Origin: an uncultured Lentisphaeria bacterium | GTDB taxonomy: Bacteria; Fidelibacterota; UBA8477; JABMPR01 | DNA length: 64,000 nucleotides | Direction of reading: 5' to 3' | Assembly (NCBI GenBank): GCA_964454335.1 | Contig: CAYVVT010000002.1 | Location: 211,436 to 275,435, forward strand | Shown: positions 25,816 to 36,200 of the stretch, piece after piece | How positions within the stretch are numbered: the stretch's first letter is position 1 | Layout: the number at the start of each line of letters is the position of its first letter | Notes under the pieces: generated by a model | Databases searched by the model: none | Told to the model about the DNA's origin: nothing | The model's input: only the letters and a program-made list of their open reading frames with translations | Position numbers and translations under genes: made by a program

Positions 25816-28052
25816 GAGCCCACCTCCTCTCCGGCTTCGAAGCGGAAGGTGACGAAATTGGAACGCATACCTGTTCCGCCCATGATGGGATCGATCTTGA
25901 CCCTGGTGATCAGATCGGCATCGCTGGCACCACGGCCATAGGCCCGCGTCAGGCGTTTGTCCGTATGGCCGAAACCATGGACCATGTAAATACTATCCCA
26001 GCGAATACGCTCGGTGATACGCACCTTGATGGGCGTTTTACTTACAACGCCATCCTGATTCTCAAGCCAGACATACTCGCCCGTGCTCAAATCCCATTCC
26101 TTGGCCACCTTGGGATTCACCCAGACACTGTTCTCGTCCATGAGATCGGTAAGGTTCGGATTGTTGGCGGTACGGCTGAAGGTGTGCATGGGTGCCCGAC
26201 CGTAGTTCAGACGGTAGTAGCCTTCCGGCGGTTCCTCGTGAGCGGTGTACTTGGGCAGGGGATCGAAGCCTTCGTCCGCCATGGCCGTGGAATAGAGCTC
26301 GATCTTACCCGTGTTGGTATTGAATTCGAAATCTTCAAGCCTCTCCATGGGGTAGAGGTCCGGATATTCCCGGGGGAATTTCTTTACACCGATGCGCTGC
26401 ATCTCCTCCAGTGAACTGCCGACCTGTTTCAATTGCCAGTCCAGCATCTCCTCGACACTGTTCCAGGCGAAGTACTCCTCCAGCCCCAGTCGTTTGGAGA
26501 GTTCCCTGGCCATCCAGGCGGCAGGTTTGGTATTATATTTCGGTTCGACGGCAGGCATGCGCAGCGCGATAGTGGGCTCGCGATGGCCGCTTACCCGAAT
26601 ATTGTCATAGCGCTCTAGGTAGGTGCATTCCGGTAAGATGACATCAGCCCAGCCCGTGATCTCCATGGGCATGGTATCCACCACCACCAGCAGATCCAGG
26701 TTCTGCATCGCTTCAATGGTCTTCTTCTGGTCCGGTAGAGTGTGGATGAGATTGGTGCCATTAACGATCCAGCCCTTGAAGGAACAATCCCGTTCTGCCG
26801 ATGGGATGGTGGCATCGCAGATACCGGATGCCAGGGCAAGATCAGCGAGTCTGTACTGACCCGGAAAAGCATCCCGCCAGTTGCGTTTCGGTTTGGGGAA
26901 TGGTGGATGGGGATAAGCCGGTACGGATCGTTTCTCCGGATTGTAATAACCGCCGCGACGGCCCCAGGAACCCAAAAGGGCATTCAGCATGGCAACAGCA
27001 CGGAGTCGCTGAGTGTCATCTCCATACCAGGTCACATGACGTCCGGGATGAATGATCACCCGGGGACTGGCGTTGGCCATCTCCCGGGCTGTATCACGGA
27101 TCACGCGGGGTTTGATCGTGGTAATACCATAGGCCCATTCAGGTGTAAAAGGTGCTACATGGGCTTTGAGCTCTTCAAAACCGTAGGTGTATTTCTCGAC
27201 ATATTCCCGGTCAAAAAGCTGTTCTTCGACTATGACGTTCATCCAGGCCAGCAGTAATGCTAGATCGGTGGCCGGTTTGATGGGCAACCAGAATTTTGAT
27301 TTACCTGCTGCTATAGAAAAACGTGGATCCACAGTGATGACGGATGCTCCGTTGTCGATGGCATCGGCCATTTCCTGTACGGGTCCATTGTGCATGTTCT
27401 CGCCGAAATGGGAACCGATGAGCACCAGACAGCGCGTATCCCGGATATCAACGCGTTCCGGTGAGCCGACGCCTTCTCCAAAGGTGGAGATGAATCCCAC
27501 TTCCCGGGGACCCCGGCATTGTGCATAGGAAGGCGCTGCGATGTTGTTCGAGCCAAAGGCTTTCAACAGATGACCGAAGTATTTACCACCGGATCCATGA
27601 CTGAACAGAGCCACACATTCCGGACCATGCTCAGCTGCGATCTTCTGCATTCCTGCGGCGATGGTGTCGAAAGCCTCATCCCAGGTTGCTTCGCGGAAAA
27701 CCTGTTCTCCGCGCTCTTCAGTCCTGATCAGAGGTGTCTTCAATCTGTCAGAGTCATTGTACATGCCGACACCACCGGTACCCCTGGGACATAGACGTCC
27801 ATTGCAATGTGGATCATCTTCGTTACCGGTGATCTTCCAGACCTCACCATCCTCATTGGTGTGGACCCAGCCGGCACATTTCCAGAAACAGACCTCACAG
27901 TATGTGGGGGTGCGTTTCGAATACATGCCCGGCAGCACATCCGGGGAGAGGATATCACCCTTGATGCTGTCAAAGACCGGATTGGCGAAGGCCAGACCAC
28001 CGAGTCCCATACCGGCCAGCTTGATGAATTCTCTGCGGGAAACGGATCTCAT
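25812..28052 (-). CDS. molybdopterin (Mo-bisPGD) oxidoreductase catalytic subunit with Tat signal; polysulfide/thiosulfate/tetrathionate-reductase-like
   Basis: Twin-arginine signal MRSVSRREFIKLAGMGLGGLAFA; N-terminal FeS motif CEVCFWKCAG...CNGRLCPRG; 746 aa. Substrate inferred only from the sulfur-gene context. Confidence 0.75.
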   Translation of the reverse strand: MRSVSRREFIKLAGMGLGGLAFANPVFDSIKGDILSPDVLPGMYSKRTPTYCEVCFWKCAGWVHTNEDGEVWKITGNEDDPHCNGRLCPRGTGGVGMYNDSDRLKTPLIRTEERGEQVFREATWDEAFDTIAAGMQKIAAEHGPECVALFSHGSGGKYFGHLLKAFGSNNIAAPSYAQCRGPREVGFISTFGEGVGSPERVDIRDTRCLVLIGSHFGENMHNGPVQEMADAIDNGASVITVDPRFSIAAGKSKFWLPIKPATDLALLLAWMNVIVEEQLFDREYVEKYTYGFEELKAHVAPFTPEWAYGITTIKPRVIRDTAREMANASPRVIIHPGRHVTWYGDDTQRLRAVAMLNALLGSWGRRGGYYNPEKRSVPAYPHPPFPKPKRNWRDAFPGQYRLADLALASGICDATIPSAERDCSFKGWIVNGTNLIHTLPDQKKTIEAMQNLDLLVVVDTMPMEITGWADVILPECTYLERYDNIRVSGHREPTIALRMPAVEPKYNTKPAAWMARELSKRLGLEEYFAWNSVEEMLDWQLKQVGSSLEEMQRIGVKKFPREYPDLYPMERLEDFEFNTNTGKIELYSTAMADEGFDPLPKYTAHEEPPEGYYRLNYGRAPMHTFSRTANNPNLTDLMDENSVWVNPKVAKEWDLSTGEYVWLENQDGVVSKTPIKVRITERIRWDSIYMVHGFGHTDKRLTRAYGRGASDADLITRVKIDPIMGGTGMRSNFVTFRFEAGEEVGS

Positions 28053-28519
28053 GCGGTTGTCCAGTTCTCTTTAAGGAATTCTTTCATGTTATGACAGGTA
28101 CTGGCGCGCCGATAGACCTCGCAGTTGCGACAGTCCAGTTCACGACAGAACGGTCCCATGCGTTTCACCGCCCAGCAAGGTTCCTTGATCTCGGTGAATG
28201 CATCACAGGCTTGCTGGTCTTCAGGACTGCAGCCTTTCAGCTCCCAGCAGGGGATCATGGATAGAATAGCCTTGATACCCGCCAGATTGAGACCACGCTC
28301 TTCGATAGCCAGGCGGATGCAGCGCAGACGTTCGATATCCATCTGGGAATAAAGCCGCTGTTTTGAAGCTGTACGCTCGGGAAGCAGGAGACCCTCTGTC
28401 TCATACATGCGCAAGGTATGTACGGAAACACCCACCAGATCAGCAGCTACACTGATGGTGTAAACCGGTCTCTCCTGGTCAGCTAGTTTCGTGGGAATGT
28501 CTTGTGCTGTCATAATCAT
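28049..28519 (-). CDS. MerR-family transcriptional regulator with Cys-rich C-terminal domain
   Basis: N-terminal MerR HTH (YTISVAADLVGVSVHTLRMYETEGLL); C-terminal 60 aa contain 8 Cys (CWELKGC...C...C...CRELDCRNC...C); stop overlaps the oxidoreductase start. Confidence 0.7.
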   Translation of the reverse strand: MIMTAQDIPTKLADQERPVYTISVAADLVGVSVHTLRMYETEGLLLPERTASKQRLYSQMDIERLRCIRLAIEERGLNLAGIKAILSMIPCWELKGCSPEDQQACDAFTEIKEPCWAVKRMGPFCRELDCRNCEVYRRASTCHNMKEFLKENWTTA

Positions 28520-28884
28520 CCTATATTCTGGAATCTAACTTTTCAATATTTGTGCCACTATATGTAGCAATGCAAAAGGTTGGTGATACTCATAGTTCAT
28601 GACATGTATTCTTGGTACTGGCACATACCATAAGTGTAAATATATCAGCATGTTATACTGAGGTGAACCTTGCTGGTACGCGACAAGATCCAGAGGTTCC
28701 TGCCCGATCCTGGATTCCAGAGACCTCGCTCCTGCTTCCTCAGGCATCATTTCGGTACAGTCCTGAGAAGTGTTTATCAAGCTTGAGAATTGATCATGGA
28801 TGACCTGCGGCTAAACACTCCCATAAAGAAACTGTGCAATTATCTTAAACGGTTGGTAAATGATCGTCGTATAGAGAGGTTCAG

Positions 28885-29928
28885 ATGACCTTCAAGAAAA
28901 CCTTGCTGCTTATAAGCCTGAGCTTGCTGTTCCTGGGAGTGATCGATGCCGAGATCAAGTTCTGGGGGGATGCGGATATCAGACCACGCTACGATGCGGT
29001 GACCTACGAGGACACATCCCGACTTGACGTCACCAATCTCTACTATCTCCATCGCACACGCATAAGTCTTCGGGCCGATATCGGCAACGGCTGGTACTAC
29101 CACACCAAGGTCGGTCACAATGGTCTTTCCTACTGGTTCGACAGATTTGGTACAGGCGAACTGCCGGATTCCCTGGCCGTTCCCTCTGCAGGCAGGAGCG
29201 GTGTTGACTTTCTGGAGATGTATATCGGTCTTAAGCGTAACAATATGGGTGGTGCTGCGGGACTCATTCCTGTTGACGGCCGCAGCAATCCCATCTTCGA
29301 TCTGCATTACTATCCCGACATTGCCGTTGAATTCCCCTGGTACCGATACAACCGGAATGCAGCGGCCGGCTTTCAGGGTTGGGGAGAGATCGGTCCCGGG
29401 ACTGTGGGAGTGACGGTACTCATCGATGATGACGCCGGTTCCAAAGTTGACGAGGAAAAAGTGGGTAAGGATCGAACTTCCATCATGCTGGATTTCACCA
29501 GCGATCTCTACGGGATCAAATTCCAACCACAGCTCATCAATACCTCGGCGGGTGAAGGACTGGAGGCTCCCATCTCCTATGGTTTCAATGTCGATCTACC
29601 CAGGTTTGCCGGGTTGAGAACCTCGGCCAACGCATTCTGGACGAGCCAGACGGTTGAGGATTCACTCACTGGCGCAACTCCCTACGAAGGTTTCCTGGTC
29701 AGGGCCAAGGTCAGTGGCAAGATGGGACCTGGTAATATGGTCTTCTGGCATGACTGGGCTGAAGTAGACACCACCAAGTACCGTTTTCTCTGGGCTTCCT
29801 ATCGCATCCCGCTGCATCGCTCTGAAGATGGTGATGTAGCCCTCATGCCTATCTATCGATTGTACACCAAGGTCGAGGATTACAGCCGGGCCAAGATCGA
29901 GCTGGCGCTGAATATTCGATTTAAATGA
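28885..29928 (+). CDS. hypothetical outer-membrane (porin-like) protein
   Basis: Signal peptide MTFKKTLLLISLSLLFLGVIDA; beta-rich with aromatic C-terminus (...LNIRFK); divergent from the MerR operon across an AT-rich 365-nt spacer. Confidence 0.4.
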   Translation: MTFKKTLLLISLSLLFLGVIDAEIKFWGDADIRPRYDAVTYEDTSRLDVTNLYYLHRTRISLRADIGNGWYYHTKVGHNGLSYWFDRFGTGELPDSLAVPSAGRSGVDFLEMYIGLKRNNMGGAAGLIPVDGRSNPIFDLHYYPDIAVEFPWYRYNRNAAAGFQGWGEIGPGTVGVTVLIDDDAGSKVDEEKVGKDRTSIMLDFTSDLYGIKFQPQLINTSAGEGLEAPISYGFNVDLPRFAGLRTSANAFWTSQTVEDSLTGATPYEGFLVRAKVSGKMGPGNMVFWHDWAEVDTTKYRFLWASYRIPLHRSEDGDVALMPIYRLYTKVEDYSRAKIELALNIRFK

Positions 29929-30277
29929 TGGGACGCGGATAAACGCAGATTTACGCTGATAGCCTCCCGCGAAGAACAGCTTCAGCGTGGTACCCCGTTG
30001 CCCAGCGTCCCATTCGGATCCTTCCCGGGTGAACTTGCTTTCAAACCTCCAGGCGAATCAATCAGACGTTCGCCGAAGATGACCTGTTAATCCTACTCGA
30101 GCTCACATATTCCTGACCGATGTATGGAACATCGCGGTGTGCAGTGACGTCTTAATCTTTTGAATTGTAATGAAATTCAACATAAGCTTAACAACTGTTT
30201 TAGCATTTGTTTGCACCTGAACATGCTCCTATGTTTCAAACCTTGCGGACGTCAGAATCAATAGAAAGGATACAGGT

Positions 30278-31810
30278 ATGTTGCCCATGAGTCGCAGAGA
30301 CTTTGTTAAGATCACCGGCACGGGCCTGGCCCTGGCAACGATACCCGGCTTCATCCGGCGTGGGATCGCCGCCGGCAGTGAAGGTACGGGAAACCCATAT
30401 AGTTTTTACTTCCAACGCTTTGGTATCGATGAGGATGTCATCTACAAAGTGATGTCTGAAGCTTTGCATTATGGCGGGGACTATTGTGATCTGTTCTTTC
30501 AGAACACCATGTCGAATTCCATCCGCCTGCAGGACAACATCGTCAGCGCTGCCAGCACCAACGTTCAGCTTGGCGTCGGGATCCGCGTCCTGAAAGGCAT
30601 CCAGACCGGGTACTCATTCACAGAGGATATCTCCCTGGACAGCATGAAGAAGGCTGCGCGCACGGCAGCCGGGATCGCTTCCGGCTCGGCCAAGGCGCCA
30701 CCGCAGGCCCTGAACACATCCAAGCTGGAGAATTATTACGATACAGAGATGAGTTGGGAGGAAGTCGGCATCAAGCAGCGCGTGGATATGATGACTGTCA
30801 TGAATGAGCAGGTCTTCAAACTGGATCCACGTGTGGTGAAAGCCAATGTCTATTTCAGTGACAGCGACAGCTACATGCTGGTGGCCAACTCGGATGGTGT
30901 TATCGCCGCAGATTACCAGCCCATGCTGCGCGTTACTGTAGGATGTACGGCTGAACAGGATGGCCAGCGGGAGAATAACTATTTCAATTTCTCCGCCCGG
31001 AACGACATCAGCTATCTGAACCAGGAACGCCTGGACCGCCTGCCCACAGAAGCGGTTGCACGAACGGTTGAGCTGTTCGAAGCGCAGTCACCGCCTGCTG
31101 GTGAACTGCCCGTTGTTCTGGCTGCCGGCAGTGCGGGCATCCTGCTGCACGAAGCGATCGGACACGGTCTCGAAGCCGATTTCAATCGTCAGGGTACTTC
31201 TATTTATTCCGAGAAAATGAACAAGAAGATCGCCGAGGATTTTATCACCATCGTCGACAATGGTACGAATCCTTACATCCGCGGCTCCATAAATGTGGAC
31301 GATGAAGGCTGTCCCAGCGAGAATACGGTTCTGGTAGAAGACGGGATTCTCCGCTCCTACATCCATGACCGCATCTCAGCGGAACATTACGGTGTTGAGC
31401 CTACGGGTAACGGCCGCCGTGAATCCTTCAAGCATTATCCCATGCCCCGGATGCGCAACACCTACATGCTGGATGGTCCCCACACTTATGATGAGATCAT
31501 CGGCAATGTGAAATACGGCATCCTCGCCGACCAGTTCACCAACGGACAGGTCAATATCGGTCCTGGAGATTTCACATTCTACGTGAAGTCAGGTGCCCTT
31601 ATCGAGGATGGCAAGATCACTGCTCCGATAAAGGATGTGAACATCATCGGGAACGGTCCTGAGGTCCTGGAAAAGGTCACCATGGTCGCCAACGATATGA
31701 AGTTGGCCGAAGGCGGCTGGACCTGCGGGAAGAATGGTCAGGGTGTGCCTGTATCCCAGGGTATGCCCAGCGTACTGGTATCATCCATCACAGTTGGCGG
31801 CAGGGGGTAG
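30278..31810 (+). CDS. tldD: TldD-family metallopeptidase with twin-arginine (Tat) signal
   Basis: N-terminal SRRDFVKITGTGLALATIPG Tat motif; TldD/PmbA fold motifs incl. HEAIGHGLEADF. Confidence 0.8.
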   Translation: MLPMSRRDFVKITGTGLALATIPGFIRRGIAAGSEGTGNPYSFYFQRFGIDEDVIYKVMSEALHYGGDYCDLFFQNTMSNSIRLQDNIVSAASTNVQLGVGIRVLKGIQTGYSFTEDISLDSMKKAARTAAGIASGSAKAPPQALNTSKLENYYDTEMSWEEVGIKQRVDMMTVMNEQVFKLDPRVVKANVYFSDSDSYMLVANSDGVIAADYQPMLRVTVGCTAEQDGQRENNYFNFSARNDISYLNQERLDRLPTEAVARTVELFEAQSPPAGELPVVLAAGSAGILLHEAIGHGLEADFNRQGTSIYSEKMNKKIAEDFITIVDNGTNPYIRGSINVDDEGCPSENTVLVEDGILRSYIHDRISAEHYGVEPTGNGRRESFKHYPMPRMRNTYMLDGPHTYDEIIGNVKYGILADQFTNGQVNIGPGDFTFYVKSGALIEDGKITAPIKDVNIIGNGPEVLEKVTMVANDMKLAEGGWTCGKNGQGVPVSQGMPSVLVSSITVGGRG

Positions 31811-31813
31811 ATC

Positions 31814-33136
31814 ATGGAAAAGAATGTATGGCTGGATCTCGGGTACTGGGCACAGAAGAGGGCCGGTTCTCTGGGAGCAAATGACAGCTCCATCAACATC
31901 AGCCACAGCCGCAGCGTCGAAGTCGACTATCGCGATGGCGAAGTTGAGAAGATGAAGGAATCAACGCAGCAGTCCATGGGGATCGAAGTCTACGCCAATG
32001 GTCGTTATTCTTCGCATTCTACCAATGATCTGCGTAAGGAATCATTGGAGAAATTCATCCAGAATGCGGTGGACCTGACGGCCTACCTGGAGGAAGATAA
32101 ATTTCGTGGTCTGGCTGATCCGGAACTCTACAAGGGTCAGCCCGAGGTGGATCTGGACCTGCGCGATCCTGAATACGAGAAGATCACCACCGAATCCCGT
32201 AAGGCCCGGGCGGCTGAGCTGGGCGAACATGTGCAGGGCCAGGACGAACGACTGATCTCAGTGGCCTCGGGTTTCTCCGATTACCACGGTGAGAGCTACA
32301 AGCTGAAATCCAACGGCTTTGAAGGCCATCGGGAAACAACCTATTACAGTCAGTATGCAGAAGTCTCTCTCCAGGGTGAGGGCGATCGCAAGCCTCAGAG
32401 CTGGCGTTATTACAGCTCCAGGCACCTGGCGGATATGCCCGGCACCAAGCAGACGGCCCTGGAAGCCCTGAAGCGCACCCAGGACCAGGTTGGCCAGGAG
32501 AAGGTCGACACGGCCACCATGCCCATGTTGGTTGAAAACTCGAATGCCCCGGGTTTGTTCTGGCGGCTCATGAATCCGCTGAGCGCTTCAGCCATTCAGC
32601 AGAAGAGCTCCTTCCTGGATGGGAGGAAGGATACACAGATCGCAGCTGAATTGTTGACGATCGTCGATGAACCGGCTATTGTCAGGGGTCTGGGCAGCCG
32701 ATATTATGATGGTGACGGTATTGCTGCCAGGACCATGCCCGTCATTGAGAACGGGATCCTGAAGAACTACTATGTGGATGTCTATTACGGCCGCAAGCTG
32801 GGTTGGGCACCTACAACCGGTGGTGCATCCAATCTGGTGCTAAAACCGGGAACGCGGAATCCTGCAGATATGGAAGCAGATATTGAACGTGGGATCCTCG
32901 TCACCAACTGGCTCGGTGGGAACGCCAACGGGACCACAGGTGATTTCTCACTGGGTGTGGCCGGCTGGCTCATCGAGAACGGGAAGCGAACCATCCCCAT
33001 CAATGAGATGAACATCTCGGGGAATTACGCCGATCTGCTGAAGAACCTGAAAGAGGTGGGGAACGATCCCTATCAGTATTCCTCTTTCAGAATTCCTACA
33101 CTGCTGTTTGATGGGGTGACCTTCTCAGGGACCTGA
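31814..33136 (+). CDS. pmbA: TldE/PmbA-family partner of TldD (no signal peptide)
   Basis: PmbA/TldD-family motifs; 3-nt gap after tldD. Confidence 0.75.
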   Translation: MEKNVWLDLGYWAQKRAGSLGANDSSINISHSRSVEVDYRDGEVEKMKESTQQSMGIEVYANGRYSSHSTNDLRKESLEKFIQNAVDLTAYLEEDKFRGLADPELYKGQPEVDLDLRDPEYEKITTESRKARAAELGEHVQGQDERLISVASGFSDYHGESYKLKSNGFEGHRETTYYSQYAEVSLQGEGDRKPQSWRYYSSRHLADMPGTKQTALEALKRTQDQVGQEKVDTATMPMLVENSNAPGLFWRLMNPLSASAIQQKSSFLDGRKDTQIAAELLTIVDEPAIVRGLGSRYYDGDGIAARTMPVIENGILKNYYVDVYYGRKLGWAPTTGGASNLVLKPGTRNPADMEADIERGILVTNWLGGNANGTTGDFSLGVAGWLIENGKRTIPINEMNISGNYADLLKNLKEVGNDPYQYSSFRIPTLLFDGVTFSGT

Positions 33137-33169
33137 TCGACATAATCCCATACAAGAGATCAAAGACCT

Positions 33170-33240
33170 GTCACCCTGATGTGCCTGCCCCGCTGCAGCC
33201 AGCTGGCGGAGGCCGGGTCGAAGGGTGACGGGCTTTTGTG
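33170..33240. terminator. GC-rich hairpin plus T-run between convergent genes (putative bidirectional terminator)
   Basis: Arms GTCACCC (33170-33176) and GGGTGAC (33223-33229) enclose GC-rich palindromic sequence (GCTGCAGC, CAGCTG), followed by GGCTTTTGTG. Confidence 0.4.
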
Positions 33241-33284
33241 TTGAAACAGTTAGATATGATCCCAGATGTGGTTGAAAAGAACGA

Positions 33285-36200
33285 TCAGGGCAGATAGGTG
33301 ATTTTCCGTACTGTAGAGTTGTGCCCAGTACTCACCCTTAGAAAATACAGCCCCCCACTCAAAATGAGATTGTTATGGTCTAAAACCTGTAACTGATGCG
33401 ATCCGGCCGTCAGGTCAAAATGGATATTGTAAACTTGGATCCCCCGCAGGTCGAAGAGTTGGAATTCTACTCTGGCAGGTCTGACCAAGTCAATGTCCAT
33501 ACTAATGCTTGCATTGAACGGGTTGGGATAGGCTGCACTGATGTGAAATACCTCTGGAGATATACCATCTGTTGAGAGAGTTGGCTCTGCTAGCCAGGGA
33601 TCGAATTCGATATTACCCTGGATAATCACTCCTTGCCCACCTGGATTTGAATCATGGGAGGGTCCGGTAGCGTGCCCCCACCAGTTCTCTGTCGCAACTA
33701 TCATTGGACCCTGTCTATATAACGTTATCGTCTCATCATCTAGTTCAGGATGAAAATGATTCCCCCAGAATATGGGCGTTGACAGGCCTGTTACCCGAAT
33801 GGTGTACCAGTTATACGGCCAGCATACATTGTTATCCCGGAATATCGTCCTGCTGATAATTGGTGAACCACCGTCAATGTAGAGGGCGCCACCTCCTCCA
33901 CATTCATCCATACCATGGGAGTTATCCTCCCAACCTGCTGTACTCTGAATGGAACAATAATCCACTACGCCGTCACTGTTGATCAAGTTCAAGGCATATC
34001 CGGCGGTATTGTGGTGAAGATCGCAGTTCTTTACCAGGAATTCAGAGTTCTGGATGCGCATACCACTACCCCAATTGATCTTGACACCCTCGATGAGACA
34101 GGCCAGAGCATTTGTAACCATAACAGATCCCCCAGTAAGGATGACTGAGTTCATCGAAGATGCAAGGAGTGAAACACTATCCCGACTGATCACAAACGGA
34201 TAGATTTGACCTTGTGATGCAGAATAGGTTCCCGGGAGCATCAGCACTTCCTGTGGTGTCATATCAGAACTCCGACTGAGAGCATAGGAGAAATCCCGCA
34301 GCGGTGTATCCGTTGTATTACCATCATTAAGGTTGCTACCGTCTGATCTCAAATAAACCGGACTATCCAGAGGGTCGTAAATTCCCAGACAGTCGCTCGT
34401 ATCAAAACTCGTAATGGGGTGTATGGAGTACTCCGAAACCGGATTCAATGGGAAAGTATTGTAGCCGACATTCAGGATCGGATCAACGTCGGAGAGAGTG
34501 AAGATGTCGCAACCGTAGGCTGCGACGTTCAGATCAAAATAATTCCCCGTTGCCTCAGATCCTCCAATGATGGGATTGGTATGAATCCCTAACCAGATGG
34601 CCCCTCCGTGGCGTGCGTAGTTGGCTAGAAATTCACAATTTCTGAAGATGGGGGAGGATATGCTCTCTTCATCACCACTTACGTGACAAGCGCCCCCGGA
34701 ATTCGCCCTGCAATTCATGAAACTCACGTGATCAAATATGGGCGAACACCCTGCGATATGTACACCCGGCCCCCCGCGGATGATGCTAAGATTACGTATC
34801 TCATGATCCCTACCACCATCCATGCGTATGACCATGTGTTGATTTTCACCATCCAGGATTGAAAGCTCCTGACCCGCACCGCTGATATGGACGAAATCGG
34901 GGAGTACTATTGGGAATGTCTCGCCTGTCTCGGTAGAAGAGTAAGTTCCTGCGAGTAGATTGATCGTGACCTGATTCTCGAGGCTCGAGAGTATGGATTG
35001 AGAAGCCCGTTGGAAGGTTTGAATGGCAGTTTCCGGTGTCAGGCCATCATTCTCATCACTTCCGGAAGGAGATAAATAACAGTCGTCAGTGATTGCCGGT
35101 GCCACTGTATAGTACCCGTTCTCCAAGTTGAAGTATTCAAGTGGGCTAACGGCCAGCTCATTCACCGGATAGTATGTGAAACCGTTATAGCTGGCATCGA
35201 TGATATCCTGATCCTCTGGCCATGACTGGAGAATCAGTGCATTCCCGTCATGTTCTGCGAAATTGTGTGTGAAGGAATTTGCATTTTCAGAAGAGCCGCC
35301 GATTAATGTTGGACCTGGCCTGCTAATATTCATTGCCCCACCACTGTATCCTGCCGTGTTGGACTCAAAGGTGCATGAATACACCTCAATGGTCGATTGG
35401 GAGACTGCCAGACCACCACCATGACTCGCAGAATTACCAATGATCGACGTCGAATCCAGTAGAATAGAACCTCGATACTGCCAGATTCCACCGCCAGCCT
35501 GACCGGCTGCATTGTGTGCGATGGTACAGTTATTTATTATTACATCTGAATCTCTACAGCGTAAACCACCTCCGGTCACTTCATATTGGGAAGGATATCC
35601 TTCCATAGGGATAGATCGATTTGAATCAATCGTAGTGTTATTCAAACTCAAGTGACTGATGTATGCATTAATAGCTCCCCCAGATGGATCATCATTCAAA
35701 TCATGACTTAGAATGTGAATGTGTAGGTAGTGACTCTCGTTGTTGGTGAACCTGGAATTATTGATATCAACCGAAAGGCCGCTGGTGTTAAGACCGCCAG
35801 CGAGTCCATCAGAATAGGAGACATTGTCCCTGATAGTGCAAGCATCGATGGTTATCACACCGGAACCAGCAGCATAGATCCCTGGTCCACCACCCCCTGG
35901 TCCTCCACAATTCCTGATGAGAGAATTCTGCAGGGTGACAATCACACTGTCACCATTAACCCATATACCTCCTCCATACGCACTTAAAATATGACAATGC
36001 TCGAGATGAATAGTGGAAGTATCACCGATGATGATACCACGATTAGATTCCTGGATCTTAAATCCTGCAATCATCAATGTTGAGTCCAGGATATTAGAGA
36101 TATTGAATCCATGGCTGTTTGCAGTGATGATCGTTGAATCGATGTAGGCTGAGTCTCCAGTTGTGAGGAGGAAGGAAGCCAAGGTGAAAGAAGGCTTAAA

